The notes below the pieces were generated by a model, which was given only the letters and a program-made list of their open reading frames with translations, searched no databases and was not told where the DNA came from. From Eledone cirrhosa (taxonomy: Eukaryota): a stretch of 64,000 nucleotides of DNA. Numbering within the stretch: the stretch's first letter is position 1; each line of letters begins with the position of its first letter. A program made the position numbers and the translations under genes. The stretch lies in the NCBI GenBank assembly GCA_964016885.1, contig OZ024742.1, forward strand, positions 343,294,001 through 343,358,000, read 5' to 3'. This document shows, piece after piece, positions 1-12,900 of the stretch.

Positions 1-482
1 TAATAAGTTGACTCAATTTTCAATAGAATTGGTTTAAGTAAACACAGCTGACTCAAGTGTAGACAGTACAGGGTTTATATATTAAAATACTGGCTCAAGT
101 GAACAGCAAAAGAGACAATGTAGTGTTTATATATGAAAGGACTAGTTCTACCAAATAGCAGAACTGGCACAATCAAGTAGCAAAAGAAAAAAAAAGGGGG
201 GGGGGGGGGTCAGGACTTATATATACCATTTGGTGGCACCAGTGTTTTGCATTTTTGTATTTTTTTTTTTTTGCTCATATTTTTGGCTATTTTGTTCTTT
301 TTTGATTATTTTCCTGATTTTGGCTACCTAGCTCTACATTCAGCACTGTATCTACACATGTTTTAAACTCCTGTTGTACAAGTAATGTAAGCATACATCT
401 ACACATATATATAATTAAGAATGGTTTTCAGAATGGGATCGGAAAGAAGCCACAGTTAAATAAAGTATTCAGTACATATTTA

Positions 483-607
483 TTTCAAATAGAAATGACT
501 TCTACAGGTCAAAAACTGTTTCATTCATTTGAAATCACCAGATGTTCCTGATGATTTCAAATGAATGTAACAGTTCTTGTCCTGTAGAAGTCATTTCTAT
601 ATGAAAT
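483..607. repeat. Imperfect ~60-bp-arm palindrome (hairpin/MITE-like)
   Basis: atagaaatgacttctacagg...cattcatttgaaatca is mirrored by tgatttcaaatgaatg...cctgtagaagtcatttctat. Confidence 0.75.
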
Positions 608-619
608 ATATGTGGAAGC

Positions 620-1100
620 AAGACATGGGTGCTGATTTTGGAGCAGCTGAGAAGGTTTGAATGAATGGAAATGAGAATGGTTCTGTGACTGAGCTGAATA
701 TTGCTCAGGGAGAGGAAGACAAGCAATGAATTGCAGAGAATGGTGGGAAAAGAGCTAGTGGTTAATGTTATGAAGAGAAATGGAATGAGATGGCTGAGTC
801 ATGTGTTCAGGAAAAATGAAAATAGCTGGTTGAGGAATAGAACCTGTTATGGATGTTGTGAAGAGAAATGGAATGTGATGGTTGGGTCATGTGTTGAGGA
901 AGTATGAAATTGGCTGGGTGGTTGAGTGGAGTGATGGAAATGAATGTATCAGGAAGAAAAGGAAGAGAAAGACCAGAAAAAACATGGCTAAAGATGGAGC
1001 AGGAAATGAAAGCCTGGAGTTAGTGAGAAGTGATGTAGACAATAGGACAAAATGGAAAAGCTTGTCATAGGGCCTGCTAGGTTAATCCCTGTTTTAGCTG
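620..1100 (+). mobile_element. Degenerate 3' fragment of an old RTE-clade LINE
   Basis: Translation contains ERKTSNELQRMVG..VMKRNGMRWLSHVFRK (the R-W-x-G-H-V-x-R motif of the RTE C-terminus), partly duplicated at ~870-910. Confidence 0.65.
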
Positions 1101-1360
1101 AGAAATGTTTGTGTATGTATATATATCTAATACATTAAAAATAAGACCAAATACTGTTAATTATATCATTTAATGCATGTTTCTTCCATATTACAGGATA
1201 TATAATTAATTATTAGTTAATTAATTATATAATCCAATAACTGGGTTCATCAGAATTAATAAAAAATATAAGAAACATTATTTCCTTTACAAATCATTTC
1301 CTATATGTGTTTACCTTACTGGTAAAATGTTTATATTTGAATATTCTAAATATGTGTGTG

Positions 1361-1442
<82 letters not shown>

Positions 1443-1504
1443 TATATATATAAATATAAATAAATTAATTAATGTACATATTTTTGTCTTTAAACCATTT
1501 CAAG

Positions 1505-1627
1505 ATTCTGACTTTGAACTCCTCAATCAGCAAAGCTTCTCAGATTTAGCATACCTTCAGCTCGCTGCAAGAACTGGATGTTTACTGAATTCATCTGACC
1601 AATGTGACCTCAAGTTCAGAAATTCAG
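1505..1627 (+). CDS. Host gene, first visible exon (phase 1-1): DSDFELLNQQSFSD...RNS; candidate FIR/LIR-like acidic-hydrophobic motif
   Basis: AG at 1503-1504 after a pyrimidine-rich stretch, GTGAGA donor at 1628, 123 nt open, phase matches the exon at 14483. Confidence 0.6.
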
Positions 1628-1761
1628 GTGAGATTGTTGTTATTATTATTATTATTATTATTTCAAATCCCGTCGAGGTTAGCTTTGTAACACACTAGGG
1701 TTGATTTAATTGACTTTCCCCTTCCCCCAAAATTGCTGGCCTTGTGCCTATAGTAGAAATC

Positions 1762-2015
1762 ATTATTATTATTATCATCATTCTTAACACTTTTACTCTT
1801 GCAGATATTATACCAATACTATTCCAAAAGAGTGAGCCATAGCCAAAGGTCAAAGGTCCTTTGGGTTATTCCTTCTCCTTCACCCCCCCCCCCCTTAGAA
1901 TCCTTGCTGTTCCTCGCAAGGCTGTTTCCTGCAACAATTCCATCCTGTTGGTAATTCCTAGCTTCTGCCATGCATCTAACCTTTTACTAACTGTTCCCAG
2001 TGCCCCAACCACAAT
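1762..2015 (-). mobile_element. 3' end remnant of an R4/Dong/NeSL-like (restriction-like endonuclease) non-LTR retrotransposon
   Basis: Minus-strand translation gives IVVGALGTVSK...MELLQETALRGTARILR, the typical C-terminus of this group, followed by an (AAT)n-like tail. Confidence 0.65.
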
Positions 2016-2029
2016 CTATGTGTCTGGTT

Positions 2030-2750
2030 CGCAGTATTGGTAGAGCGTCAGACACCATGCTTTGCAGTATAGAGTTACACGATCAAATCCTACTTTGCCT
2101 TTCATCCTTAAGGGCTCAACAAAATAAGTACCAGTAATGTACTAGGGTTGATTTAATCGGTTTTCCCCACCCCCAAAATTGTTGGCCTTGTGTCTAAATC
2201 AAAAACCATTAATATTATTATTATTTCATCTAAGTCGATGGTGAATATGCAAGATTTTTAGAGCTTTGGATAAAACATGCTTAGCAGTATTTGTTCGAAC
2301 AGTGTAATTTCTCAGTTCAAGTCTTACCAAGTTCAAATTTCCCTATCATCCTTCCAGAATCAATAAAATAAATGTGATCTCAAGTTCATGAATTTTGTTG
2401 AGATTGTTGTAATCATTATTTCTTAGCAGTATCGGTAGAGGGTCGGACGCCATGCTTTGCAGCACAGTTATGTCCCTTTACGGACTGAGTTCAAATCCCT
2501 TTGAACTCAGTCCGTAAAGGGACATAACTGTGCCTTTCATCCTTACGGGGTCGATAAAATAAACTACCAGTAATGTACTGGGTAATTGCTGGTCTTGTGC
2601 CAAAAATAGAAACAATTACTTCTTTGAGGTTGGCAGTGGATTGTCAGAACCTTTAGTGAGTCAGACAATATCCTTTGTGGCATTTATTCTAGCTTTATAC
2701 ATTCTGTGTTCAAATCCTGCTCAGGTCAACTTTGTCTTTCATCCTTTTCT
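2030..2750 (+). mobile_element. Cluster of tRNA-derived SINEs (core gcctttcatccttacggggtcgataaaataaagtaccag; Nin/Deu-domain-like; (TTA)n tail)
   Basis: B-box-like gttcaaatcc plus shared core in 3-4 copies; the same family recurs at ~1660, 14915, 47050, 49455(-), 50140 and 61213. Confidence 0.7.
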
Positions 2751-3136
2751 GTTACACATATCACTGCACCCTGCTGAGTGCACTGGGTGCATTTTATCAT
2801 GGTACCAGCACTAGGGAGGTTGTTGTGTCATTGACACAGCTGAAGAGGTCTCCCAGCCCCTCCTTTGGCTAGATGCCCTTCCTATCACCAATCACTTTAC
2901 AGAATTTACTGGGTGCATTCATCATATAGATCCCCAACACTGAGAGTCCTTTCTCTATCTCTCTTTCTATCTATATATAAATGATGATGATTATATATGT
3001 AGGTACACCATATCTCTGCATAAGAGGTGACTGAAAGGATTGGCATCAGGGTTTCAGTAAGGGCAACATCCCATTCAAATTATGGCAGCATGGAAAAGTG
3101 GACATAAAAATAACGATGATACATATATATATATAT

Positions 3137-6100
3137 TGTAGGCACCCTAAAGGGTCGCGCTAACGAGGTTGTAGAAATGCTTGAACGTAAGGAGGTCGAT
3201 GTTTGTTGTATTCAAGAGACCAGGTGGAGGGGTGGGTCTGCTAGGTTCATTGAGGGTAAAAAACGATGTTATAAGCTTTTCTGGGTGGGAAACGACGATG
3301 GGCTGGGTGGAGTAGGAATCATGGTAGCAGAAAAGTGGGCAGATAAGATAATAGACGTAAATAGAGTGAACGACAGAATAATTAAAATACGACTTGTCCT
3401 CAATAGAACTACGGTGACAGTGATATCTGCGTACGCACCCCAATCCGGGCTGCCCGGCACTATAAAAGACAGATTCTATGAGACACTGATGCTAACTACC
3501 TCCCAAATATCCGACAGTGACTATATAATTATCGCAGGCGACCTAAATGGTCACGTTGGACAACATTGTGACGGCTACGACGAAATCCATGGAGGCTATG
3601 GGTTTGGTACTAGAAATGAGGAAGGCTCCAGAATCCTGGAATTCTGTGATGCAAATAACCTAACTATCTGTAACACTAACTTCAAAAAACGTGACAATCA
3701 CCTGATCACCTATAGATCCGGGGAACACACAAGCCAGGTAGATTATATCCTTACCAGAAGACGTGACAGAGTGTCTGTTGTAAACACTAAATCCCTCCCC
3801 CATGAAGAATGCACCTCCCAACATAGACTGATAATTAGCGACCTCATAGTCAGGACGAGACGTACTCGACAGCAGAAGAGGACTATCCTCAGGAGAAAAA
3901 ATGGAAGCTAAAGGACCCCACAGCCAGGAATAAATTTCAAAGCATATTACTTGATGCTTTCGACAGTAAGGAAGAACATTTAGAGTCGGACAATATAGAG
4001 GGAGAGTGGGAATTTCTGAAAGCAAACCTGCTGTTGGCGACAGACGAAGTCTGTGGCTGGAGCAGGCCTGTAGGCAGGAGGAGAGTAACATGGTGGTGGA
4101 ACAGTAAGGTGGAGGGGTCAATTAAGGCCAAAAAGCAGGCTTGGAAAGTATGGCGGGATGGGGGAAGTAGAGAAGACTATCAAGTGGCCAGGAGGGAAGC
4201 TAGGAGACAAGTGTACTTAGCAAGAAGGGAGGCTGAGGAAAGAAAGTTCAAGCATGTTCTACAACGCGATGACCAAAAACGTGAGGTGTTCAGGATTGCT
4301 AGGCAATGCGTCAAGGAAAACCGTGATATTGTCGGGGAGAAGTGTGTACTAAACGACGATGGCACACTTGCCATCACCGACGCTGATAAGAAGGTAGCTT
4401 GGAAGTGTCACTATGAAAGGCTACTAAATGAGGAGAATAAATGGGAGAAAGACAGTCTCCCCCATATCGACCCAATAGAGGGACCAGCAGTGTTAGTCGA
4501 GGGGAGTATAATAAGTAAGGCAATCAAGGATATGAAGACGGGTAAGGCGGCTGGGCCTTCGGAAATAGTTGCTGAGATGCTGAAGGCATCTGGCACGGTG
4601 GGACACACCATGGTCACCCGCATAGTTAACCAAGTCGTACAGAATGGGGTTGTTCCGAAGGACTGGCATAGCAGCATCATCGTTAACTGTTATAAGGGTA
4701 AAGGAGACGCCCTAGATAGGAGTAACTATAGAGGCATTAAATTAATCGACCAGGTCATGAAGGTCACGGAAAAAGTAATAGCGCAACTAATCAGAGAGAG
4801 AATTGACCTAGATGAAATGCAGTTCGGGTTTGTGTCAGGCAAAAGTACCACAGACGCTCTTTTCATAGTACGACAACTACAGGAGAAGTACCTAGCTAAA
4901 GGTAAACCCCTCTACTTAGCTTTTGTCGACTTGGAGAAAGCCTTCGACAGAGTCCCCCGCTCCATTATCTGGTGGGCTCTTAGAAAACTAGGCGTTGACG
5001 AATGGCTTGTGAGGGCTATACAAGCCATGTATAAAGAAACAGTCAGCAAGGTTAGAATTAACAACGAATATAGTGAAGAGTTTAGCGTAAAAGTTGGCGT
5101 CCATCAGGGCTCTGTTCTCAGCCCACTACTATTTATTATTGCCCTTCAGGCTATAACAGAGGAGTTCAAGACAAGCTGCCCATGGGAACTCCTATACGCA
5201 GACGACCTGACACTCATAGCGGAATCAATGGCCGAGCTAGAGAAGAAATTCCAAACATGGAAGCACGGCCTAGAGTCAAAAGGACTTAAAATTAACCTGG
5301 CTAAGACCAAAGTACTAGTTTGTAGGAAAGAAAACAAGGCGCCGGTCCCTTCTGGGAAATGGTCGTGCTCGGTGTGTAGGAAAGGCGTAGGTAGAAACTC
5401 CATTTTATGTCCTAAATGCAAAGTATGGGTGCATAAAAGATGTAGTGGGATCACAAGTAAGCTAACTAAGAACATAGATTTTACATGTGGCCGGTGCTCT
5501 GGTGCAATAAGTAGCAGCAAGTGCCCACAAAATACTAGCTCTTTCAATTGCGCAGAGGGTTCTATAGAAATAGTGGACAGCTTCCGTTACCTGGGCGATA
5601 AAATCAGCAGTGGGGGAGGGTGCTCTGAAAGTACTGTAGCTAGAGTCAGAACTGGTTGGAAAAAGTTCAGAGAGCTTATACCACTATTAGCTGCTAAAGG
5701 GTTCTCACTAAAAATGAAAGGCAGGTTGTACGATGCCTGCATACGAACAGCAATGCTGCATGGCAGTGAGACCTGGGCATTGTGTGCAGAGGATATACGC
5801 AGACTAGAGAGGAACGAAGCTTGCATGCTCCGCTGGATGTGTAACAGTAATATACGTGAACGGCAAAGCATAAACGAACTAAGGAAAAAATTAGAGATAA
5901 GAGGGATCAGATGTTGTTTACTCGAGAGAAGGCTACGTTGGTATGGACACGTGATGCGCATGAAAGCCGATAGCTGTATAACAAAGTGCAGGGCAATAAA
6001 GATAGACGGTAGTCACGGAATAGGCAGACCTAGAAAAACCTGGGACGAGCTGATAAACTCCGACATCACACACTTACACCTCTCCAAGACAATGTCACTG

Positions 6101-6542
6101 GACCGAGACCTTTGGCGGTACTCAGTAACAGAGAAGACCCGCCTTACCTAAATATATAGTAAAACCTACTCCAGCCAGTAGGCATCTCTAACAAAATACA
6201 CCCCGTCCCACCACCACCACCCCCACCCCATCCACACCAACCCGTTCTATGTAAAGTTATGTTGGTGCCGCGCCATCGAGGCCGAAACAAATGAGATCGT
6301 GTAGGTGTCACGACAAAAAAACACACAGTCCACGCTGTAATGTGGCCGTGTAGGCAACACGGTAAAAACCTCCCAGACCCACACTGTAAATGTGGTTGGT
6401 GTTAGGAAGGGCATCCAACTGTAGAAAACCTGCCAGACAGTCCTATGCGAGCAAGACAATCACTCTTGCCTCAAGTGGGACTACCCCCGTCCAAACCCAT
6501 GCAAGCGTGGAACACGGACGTTAAACGTTGATGATGATGATG

Positions 6543-6545
<3 letters not shown>
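3137..6545 (+). mobile_element. RTE-clade LINE, subfamily A copy 1 (5'-truncated, one frameshift)
   Basis: APE endonuclease (CIQETRW, AYAPQ, GDLNGH, SQH) then RT (QFGF, DLEKAFD, QGSVLSP, YADD); (TGA)n tail; (TA)n on both flanks. Confidence 0.95.
3177..6151 (+). pseudogene. APE-RT(PHD) polyprotein of RTE-A copy 1 with a 1-nt deletion near 3900
   Basis: ORFs 3177..3911 and 4034..6151; reads ggagaaaaaatgg where the intact copy at 53635-53650(-) reads ggagaaaaatatgg. Confidence 0.9.
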
Positions 6546-6573
<28 letters not shown>

Positions 6574-6860
6574 CATGTGTGTGTTTGTTGTATATAAAAA
6601 GTAAACAGGAATAATAAAGCAAATGACAGTACATTCAAGAAGTATATTAATTTAACACTTGAAATAGCAGGAAAAGTGTCTTAACATTTCAGACACTAGT
6701 CTTTTATCAGAAGATAGAGTTAGAAATAAAAGATAAAGAGTTTGATGAGGAAGGAACTGGGGAAAAAAAAAGGAAAAAAGGTGAAAAACACACGTGTGTA
6801 TTCAGTCAACCATTTTGGATATATATATACATATATACACACTTAATATACACAATTAAT

Positions 6861-9800
6861 AATCATTAAACTCAGACTAGTCCTGAATAAAACAATTACC
6901 ACAATAATATCAGCTTACGCACCCCAATCGGGGCTGCCAGACGAACTTAAGTATAGGTTTTACGAGTCCCTAATGCACACTACTGCTCTAACAAACGACA
7001 ATGACTTCCTAATCATCACAGGATATTTTAACGGACACGTAGGTAAACACTGCGACGACTTCAATAGAGTACATGGAGGCCATGGGGTTGGCACAAGAAA
7101 TGAGGAAGGATTCAGACTTCTAGAATTCTGCGACGCCAATGACATGTCGATATGTAACACAAACTTTAAAAAACCCGACAACCACCTGATCACCTATAGA
7201 TCAGGGGAGCACTCCAGTCAGATAGATTTTATCCTCATCAGAGGACGTGACAGATGGACGGTCGTAAACACAAAAGCCTTCCCTAGTGAGGAATGTACAT
7301 CCCAACATAGCTTAGTTGTCAGTGACCTCACGGTCAGAACTAGACGAACCTGGAAACAGAGGCCAACCTGGAGAAGAAAGATCTCGAAGCTGAAAGTCCC
7401 CTCAACCAGTAACAGATTTAAAGATATTTTACTCAATGCCTACGACAGTAAAGAAGAACAGATAGAGACATTCAATGTAGAAGAGAACTGGGAGTTCCTA
7501 AAAAATAATTTACTAGAGGCGACGGATGAGGTCTGTGACTAGAGTAAGACCTCAAGCAGGAGGAGAGTGACTTGGTGGTGGAACAATAAGGTAGATGAAG
7601 CAGTTAAGGCCAAGAGACAGGCATGGAAAGAATGGAAGAACGGGGGGAGCAGGGTACATTACATAGAGACCAAGAGGGAGGCTAGGCAACAAGTATACTT
7701 AGCTAGGAGGGAAGCAGAGGATAGAAAATTCAAGCATGTTTTGCAACGTGAGGACCAGAAACAGGAGGTGTTCAAGATTGCGAGGCAGTGTGTCAGAGAT
7801 AGTTGTGATGTCATTGGAAAAGAAGTGTATCCGGAATGATAAAGGTGAGCTTGCCCTCACAAGTGCTGAGAAGAAAGATGCATGGAAGAGTCATTATGAT
7901 AGATTACTAAATGAGGAGAATGCATGGGAAGAATAGACCCTATAGAGGAGCCAGCAGTACAAGTCAGCAGCTACGTAGTAAGTAAGGCAATCAAAGATAT
8001 GAAGATGGGGAAGGCAACCGGTCCATCAGGTATAGCTGCCGAGATGCTGAAGGCATCTGGGTCTGTAGGTCACACTATAACCACACGTATCGTTAACCAG
8101 GTAATACTAGAAGGTGCCATACCAAAAGATTGGTGCAGTAGCATCATTGTCAACTGCTACAAAGGTAAAGGCGATGCACTAGATAGAGGAAACTATAGAG
8201 GTATAAAGCTGATGGACCAGGTCATGAAAGTAACAGAAAGAGTTATAGCACAGCTGATTAGGGACCGGGTGAAAATAGACGAGATGCAATTCGGGTTTGT
8301 ACCAGGAAGAGGCACCGCTGATGCCCTCTTCCTTGTGAGGCAATTACAGGAAAAGTACCTAGCTAAAAGTAAGCCACTCTACTTGGCATTTGTCGACCTT
8401 GAGAAAGCCTTTGACAGAGTTCCACGTGCTGTAATCTGGTGGGCTCTTAGAAAACTAGGAGTAGATGAATGGCTTGTGAAAGCGGTACAAGCCATGTATA
8501 GGGGAGCAGTCAGCAAAGTTAGGATTAGCAATGAGTATAGCGAGGAATTTAGCGTACAGGTTGGGGTCCACCAGGGCTCTGTTCTTAGCCCCCTCCTGTT
8601 CATCATAGTCCTGCAGGCAATAACGGAGGAGTTTAAGACCAGATGCCCATGGGAACTCCTGTATGCTGATGACCTCGCACTCATAGCTGAATCTATGGTA
8701 GAACTAGAGAAGAAATTCCAAACTTGGAAGCAGTGACTAGAAAGAAAGGGTCTCAAAGTCAACATGACAAAGACTAAGGTCCTTGTAAGTAGACGAGAAA
8801 ACAGAACCCAGATCCCCTCAGAGAAATGGCCTTGCTCAGTATGTAGGAAAGGTGTAGGTAGGAACTCCATTCTCTGCCCCAAATGCAAACAATGGGTACA
8901 CAAGAGATGTAGCGGGATCTCAGGAAGCTTAATTAAGAATGTAGGCTTCACATACAGCAGCTGTGCTGGGACAGCAAGCAGCAAACAGCCACAGGAAACA
9001 AGTACCACCAATCTCTGGGAGGGCTCTGTAAAAACAGTAGACAGCTTCTGCTACCTAGGTGACCGAATTAACAGCGGAGGTGGGTGTTCAGAAAGTACAA
9101 TAACTAGGGTAAGAATGGGATGGAAGAAGTTTAGGGAACTACTACCACTGCTAGCTGCAAAAGGCTTCTCCCTCAGAATGAAAGGCAGACTGTATGATGC
9201 GTGTATCCAAACAGCAATGTTGCATGGTAGTGAGACCTGGGCGCTGAAGGTGGAAGACTTACGTAGATTAGAGAGAAACGAAGCCTGCATGCTCCGATGG
9301 ATGTGTAACAGTAATATACGTGAACGACAAAGCATAAATGAATTGAGAGAGAGACTGAGCATAAGAGGAATCAAATGCTGTGTGCAGGAGAGGCGGTTGC
9401 GCTGGTATGGACAGGTGATGCATATGAAGGATGACAGCTGCATAAAAAGGTGCAGAGCACTAGAAGTTGATGGAAACCACGGAGTGGGGAGACCCAAGAT
9501 GACCTGGGATGAGGTAATAAAAGCCAACCTTACCCAATTACACCTCCCAAAGGCAATGACACACGGCCGTGACTTCTGGCGTCACGCAGTAATACAGAGT
9601 ACCTGACCTCCCATGGGTACAAGCTGAAGCATATAGACAATATGCCCCCACACCCCCACCGCAAGGTGGTCGTGGAGGTGCCACGGCAAAAAAGCACCCA
9701 GCCCACACTGTAAAGTGGACGTGTAGGCGCCACGAAAAAGCACCCAGCACTCACTGTAAATGAGGTTGGTGTTAGGAAGGGCATCCAGCTGTAGAAATCA

Positions 9801-9918
9801 AGCCAAATCAGTTCCTGTATGAGCAAGGCATGGTCAGCCGACCAGACACTGCCCACAACAGGACAACCTGTCTAACCCATGCTAGCGTGGAAGAACGGAC
9901 GTAAAGCGGTGATCATGA
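6861..9918 (+). mobile_element. RTE-clade LINE, subfamily B copy 1 (5'-truncated, several stops/frameshifts)
   Basis: ORF pieces 6973..7542, 7567..7839, 7924..8736 and 8764..9606 give APE, RT (YADD) and PHD; 3' UTR with triple repeat motif. Confidence 0.95.
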
Positions 9919-9930
9919 CACACACACACA

Positions 9931-9931
<1 letters not shown>

Positions 9932-9962
<31 letters not shown>

Positions 9963-12900
9963 ACGTTTAACGTCCGTGTTCCACACTTGCATGGGTTTGG
10001 ACGGGGGTTTTCCCACTTGAGGCAAGTGTGATTGTCTTGCTCGCATAGGACTGTCTGGCGGGTTTTCTACAGCTGGATGCTCTTCCTAACACCAACCACA
10101 TTTACAGTGGATGTTGTGGCACCAACATAACTTTACATTGAAAGGGGCGGTGTGGGTGGGACGGGGGTGTATTTTGTTAGAGATGCCTACTGACTGTAGT
10201 AGGTTTTACTTTGTATTTAGGTAAGGCGGGTCTTCTCTATTACTGAGTACCGCCAAAGGTCTCGGTCCAGTGACATTGTCTTGGAGAGGTGTAGGTGTGT
10301 GAGGTCGGAATTTATCAGCACGTCCCAGGTTTTTCTGGGTCTGCCTATTCCGTGGCTACCGTCTATCTTTATTGCCCTGCACTTTGTTATACAGCTATCG
10401 TCTTTCATGCGCATCACGTGACCATACCAACGTAGCCTTCCCTCGAGTAAACAACATCTGATCCCTCTTATTTCTAATGTTTTCCTTAGTTCGTTTATGC
10501 TTTGCCGTTCACGTATATTACTATTACACATCCAGCGGAGCATGCAAGCTTCGTTCCTCTCTAGTCTGCGTATATCCTCTGCACACAATGCCCAGGTCTC
10601 ACTGCCATGCAACATTGCTGTTCGTATGCAGGCATCATACAACCTGCCTTTCATCTTTAGGGAGAACCCTTTAGCGGCTAATAGTGGTAGAAGCTCTCTG
10701 AACTTTTTCCATCCAGTTCTGACTCTAGCTACTGTACTTTCAGAGCACCCTCCCCCACTGCTTATTTTGTCACCCAGGTAACGGAAGCTGTCCACTATTT
10801 CTATAGAACCCTCTGCGCAGTTGAAAGAGCTAGTATTTTGTGGGCACTTGCTGCTACTTATTGCACCAGAGCACCGGCCACATGTAAAATCTATGTTCTT
10901 AGTTAGCTTACCTGTGATCCCACTACATCTTTTATGCACCCATACTTTGCATTTGGGACACAAAATGCAGTTTCTACCTACGCCTTTCCTACACACTGAG
11001 CATGGCCACTTCCCGGAAGGGACCGCCGCCTTATTTTCTTTCTTACAAACTAGAACTTTAGTCTTAGCCAGGTTAATTTTAAGGTCTTTTGATTCTAGGC
11101 CGTGCTTCCATGTTTGGAATTTCTTCTCTAGCTCAGCCATTGATTCAGCTATGAGTGTTAGGTTATCTGTGTATAGGAGTTCCCATGGGCAGCCGGTCTT
11201 GAACTCCTCTGTTATAGCCTGAAGGGCAATAATAAATAGTAGGGGGCTGAGAACAGAGCCCTGATGGACGCCAACTTTTACGCTAAACTCTTCACTATAT
11301 TCGTTGTTAATTCTAACCTTGCTGACTGTTTCTTTATACATGGCTTGTATAGCTCTCACAAGCCATTCGTCAACACCTAGTTTTCTAAGAGCCCACCAGA
11401 TAATGGAACGGGGGACTCTGTCGAAGGCTTTCTCCAAGTCGACAAAAGCTAAGTATAGGGGTTTACTTTTAGCTAGGTACTTCTCCTGTAGTTGTCGTAC
11501 AATGAAAAGAGCGTCTGTGGTACTTTTGCCTGACACAAACCCGAACTGCATTTCATCTAGATCAATTCTCTCTCTGATTAGTTGCGCTATTACTTTTTCC
11601 GTGACCTTCATGACCTGGTCGATTAATTTAATGCCTCTATAGTTACTCCTATCTAGGGCATCTCCTTTACCCTTATAACAGTTAACGATGATGCTGCTAC
11701 GCCAGTCCTTCGGAACAACCCCATTCTGAACGACTTGGTTAACTATCCGGGTGACCATGGTGTGTCCCACCGTACCAGATGCCTTCAGCATCTCAGCAAC
11801 TATTTCCGAAGGCCCAGCCGCCTTACTCGTCTTCATATCTTTGATTGCCTTACTTATTATACTACCCTCGACTAACACTGCTGGTCCCTCTATTGGGTCG
11901 ATGTGGGGGAGACTGTCTTTCTCCCATTTATTCTCCTCATTTAGTAGCCTTTCATAGTGACACTTCCAAGCTGCCTTCTTATCAGCGTCGGTGATGGCAA
12001 GTACGCCGTCATCATTAAGTACAGACTTCTCCCCGACAATATCACGGTTTTCCTTGACACATTGCCTAGCAATCCTGAACACCTCACGTTTTTGGTCCTC
12101 GCGTTGTAGAACATGCTTGAACTTTCTTTCCTCTGCTTCCCTTCTTGCGAAGTACTCCTAGCTTCCCTCCTGGCCACTTGATAGTCTTCTCTACTTCCCC
12201 CATCCCGCCATACTTTCCAAGCCTGCTTTTTGGCCTTATTTTATGCCTCCACCTTACTGTTCCACTACCATGTTACTCTCCTCCTGCCTACAGGCCTGCT
12301 CCAGCCACAGACTTCGTCTGCCGCCTTCAGCAGGTTTGCTTTCAGGAATTCCCACTGCTCCTCTATATTGTACGACTCTAATTGCTCTTCCTTACTGTCG
12401 AAAGCATCAAGTAGTATGCTTTTAAATTTATTTCTGGCTGTGGGGTCCTTTAGCTTCCATATTTTTCTCCTGAGGATAGTCCTCTTCTGTTGTCTAGTAC
12501 GTCTCGTCCTGACTTAGGTCGCTAATTATCAGTCTATGTTGGGAGGTGCATTCTTCATGGGGGAGGGATTTGGTGTTTACAACAGACACTCTGTCACGTC
12601 TTCTGGTAAGGATATAATCTACCTGGCTTGTGTGTTCCCCCGATCTATAGGTGATCAGGTGATTGTCACGTTTTTTGAAGTTAGTGTTACAGATAGTTAG
12701 GTTATTTGCGTCACAGAATTCCAGGATTCTGGAGCCTTCCTCATTTCTAGTACCAAACCCATAGCCTCCATGGATTTCGTCGTAGCCGTCACAATGTTGT
12801 CCATTTAGGTCGCCTGCAATAATTATATAGTCACTGTCGGTTATTTGGGAGGTAGTGAGCATCAGTGTCTCATAGAATCTGTCTTTTATAGTGCCGGGCA

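Noticed and set aside
1805-1831. Possible 27-nt phase 1-1 microexon (ttgcAG...GTGAGC)
   Set aside because: Lies within the 3' end of the antisense R4/Dong-like relic and is not needed for frame; needs RNA evidence
5146-5961. Recurrent antisense ORFs within RTE copies (MKELVFCGH..., MVVLVSCGC...)
   Set aside because: They recur only because the copies are near-identical; no independent coding signal
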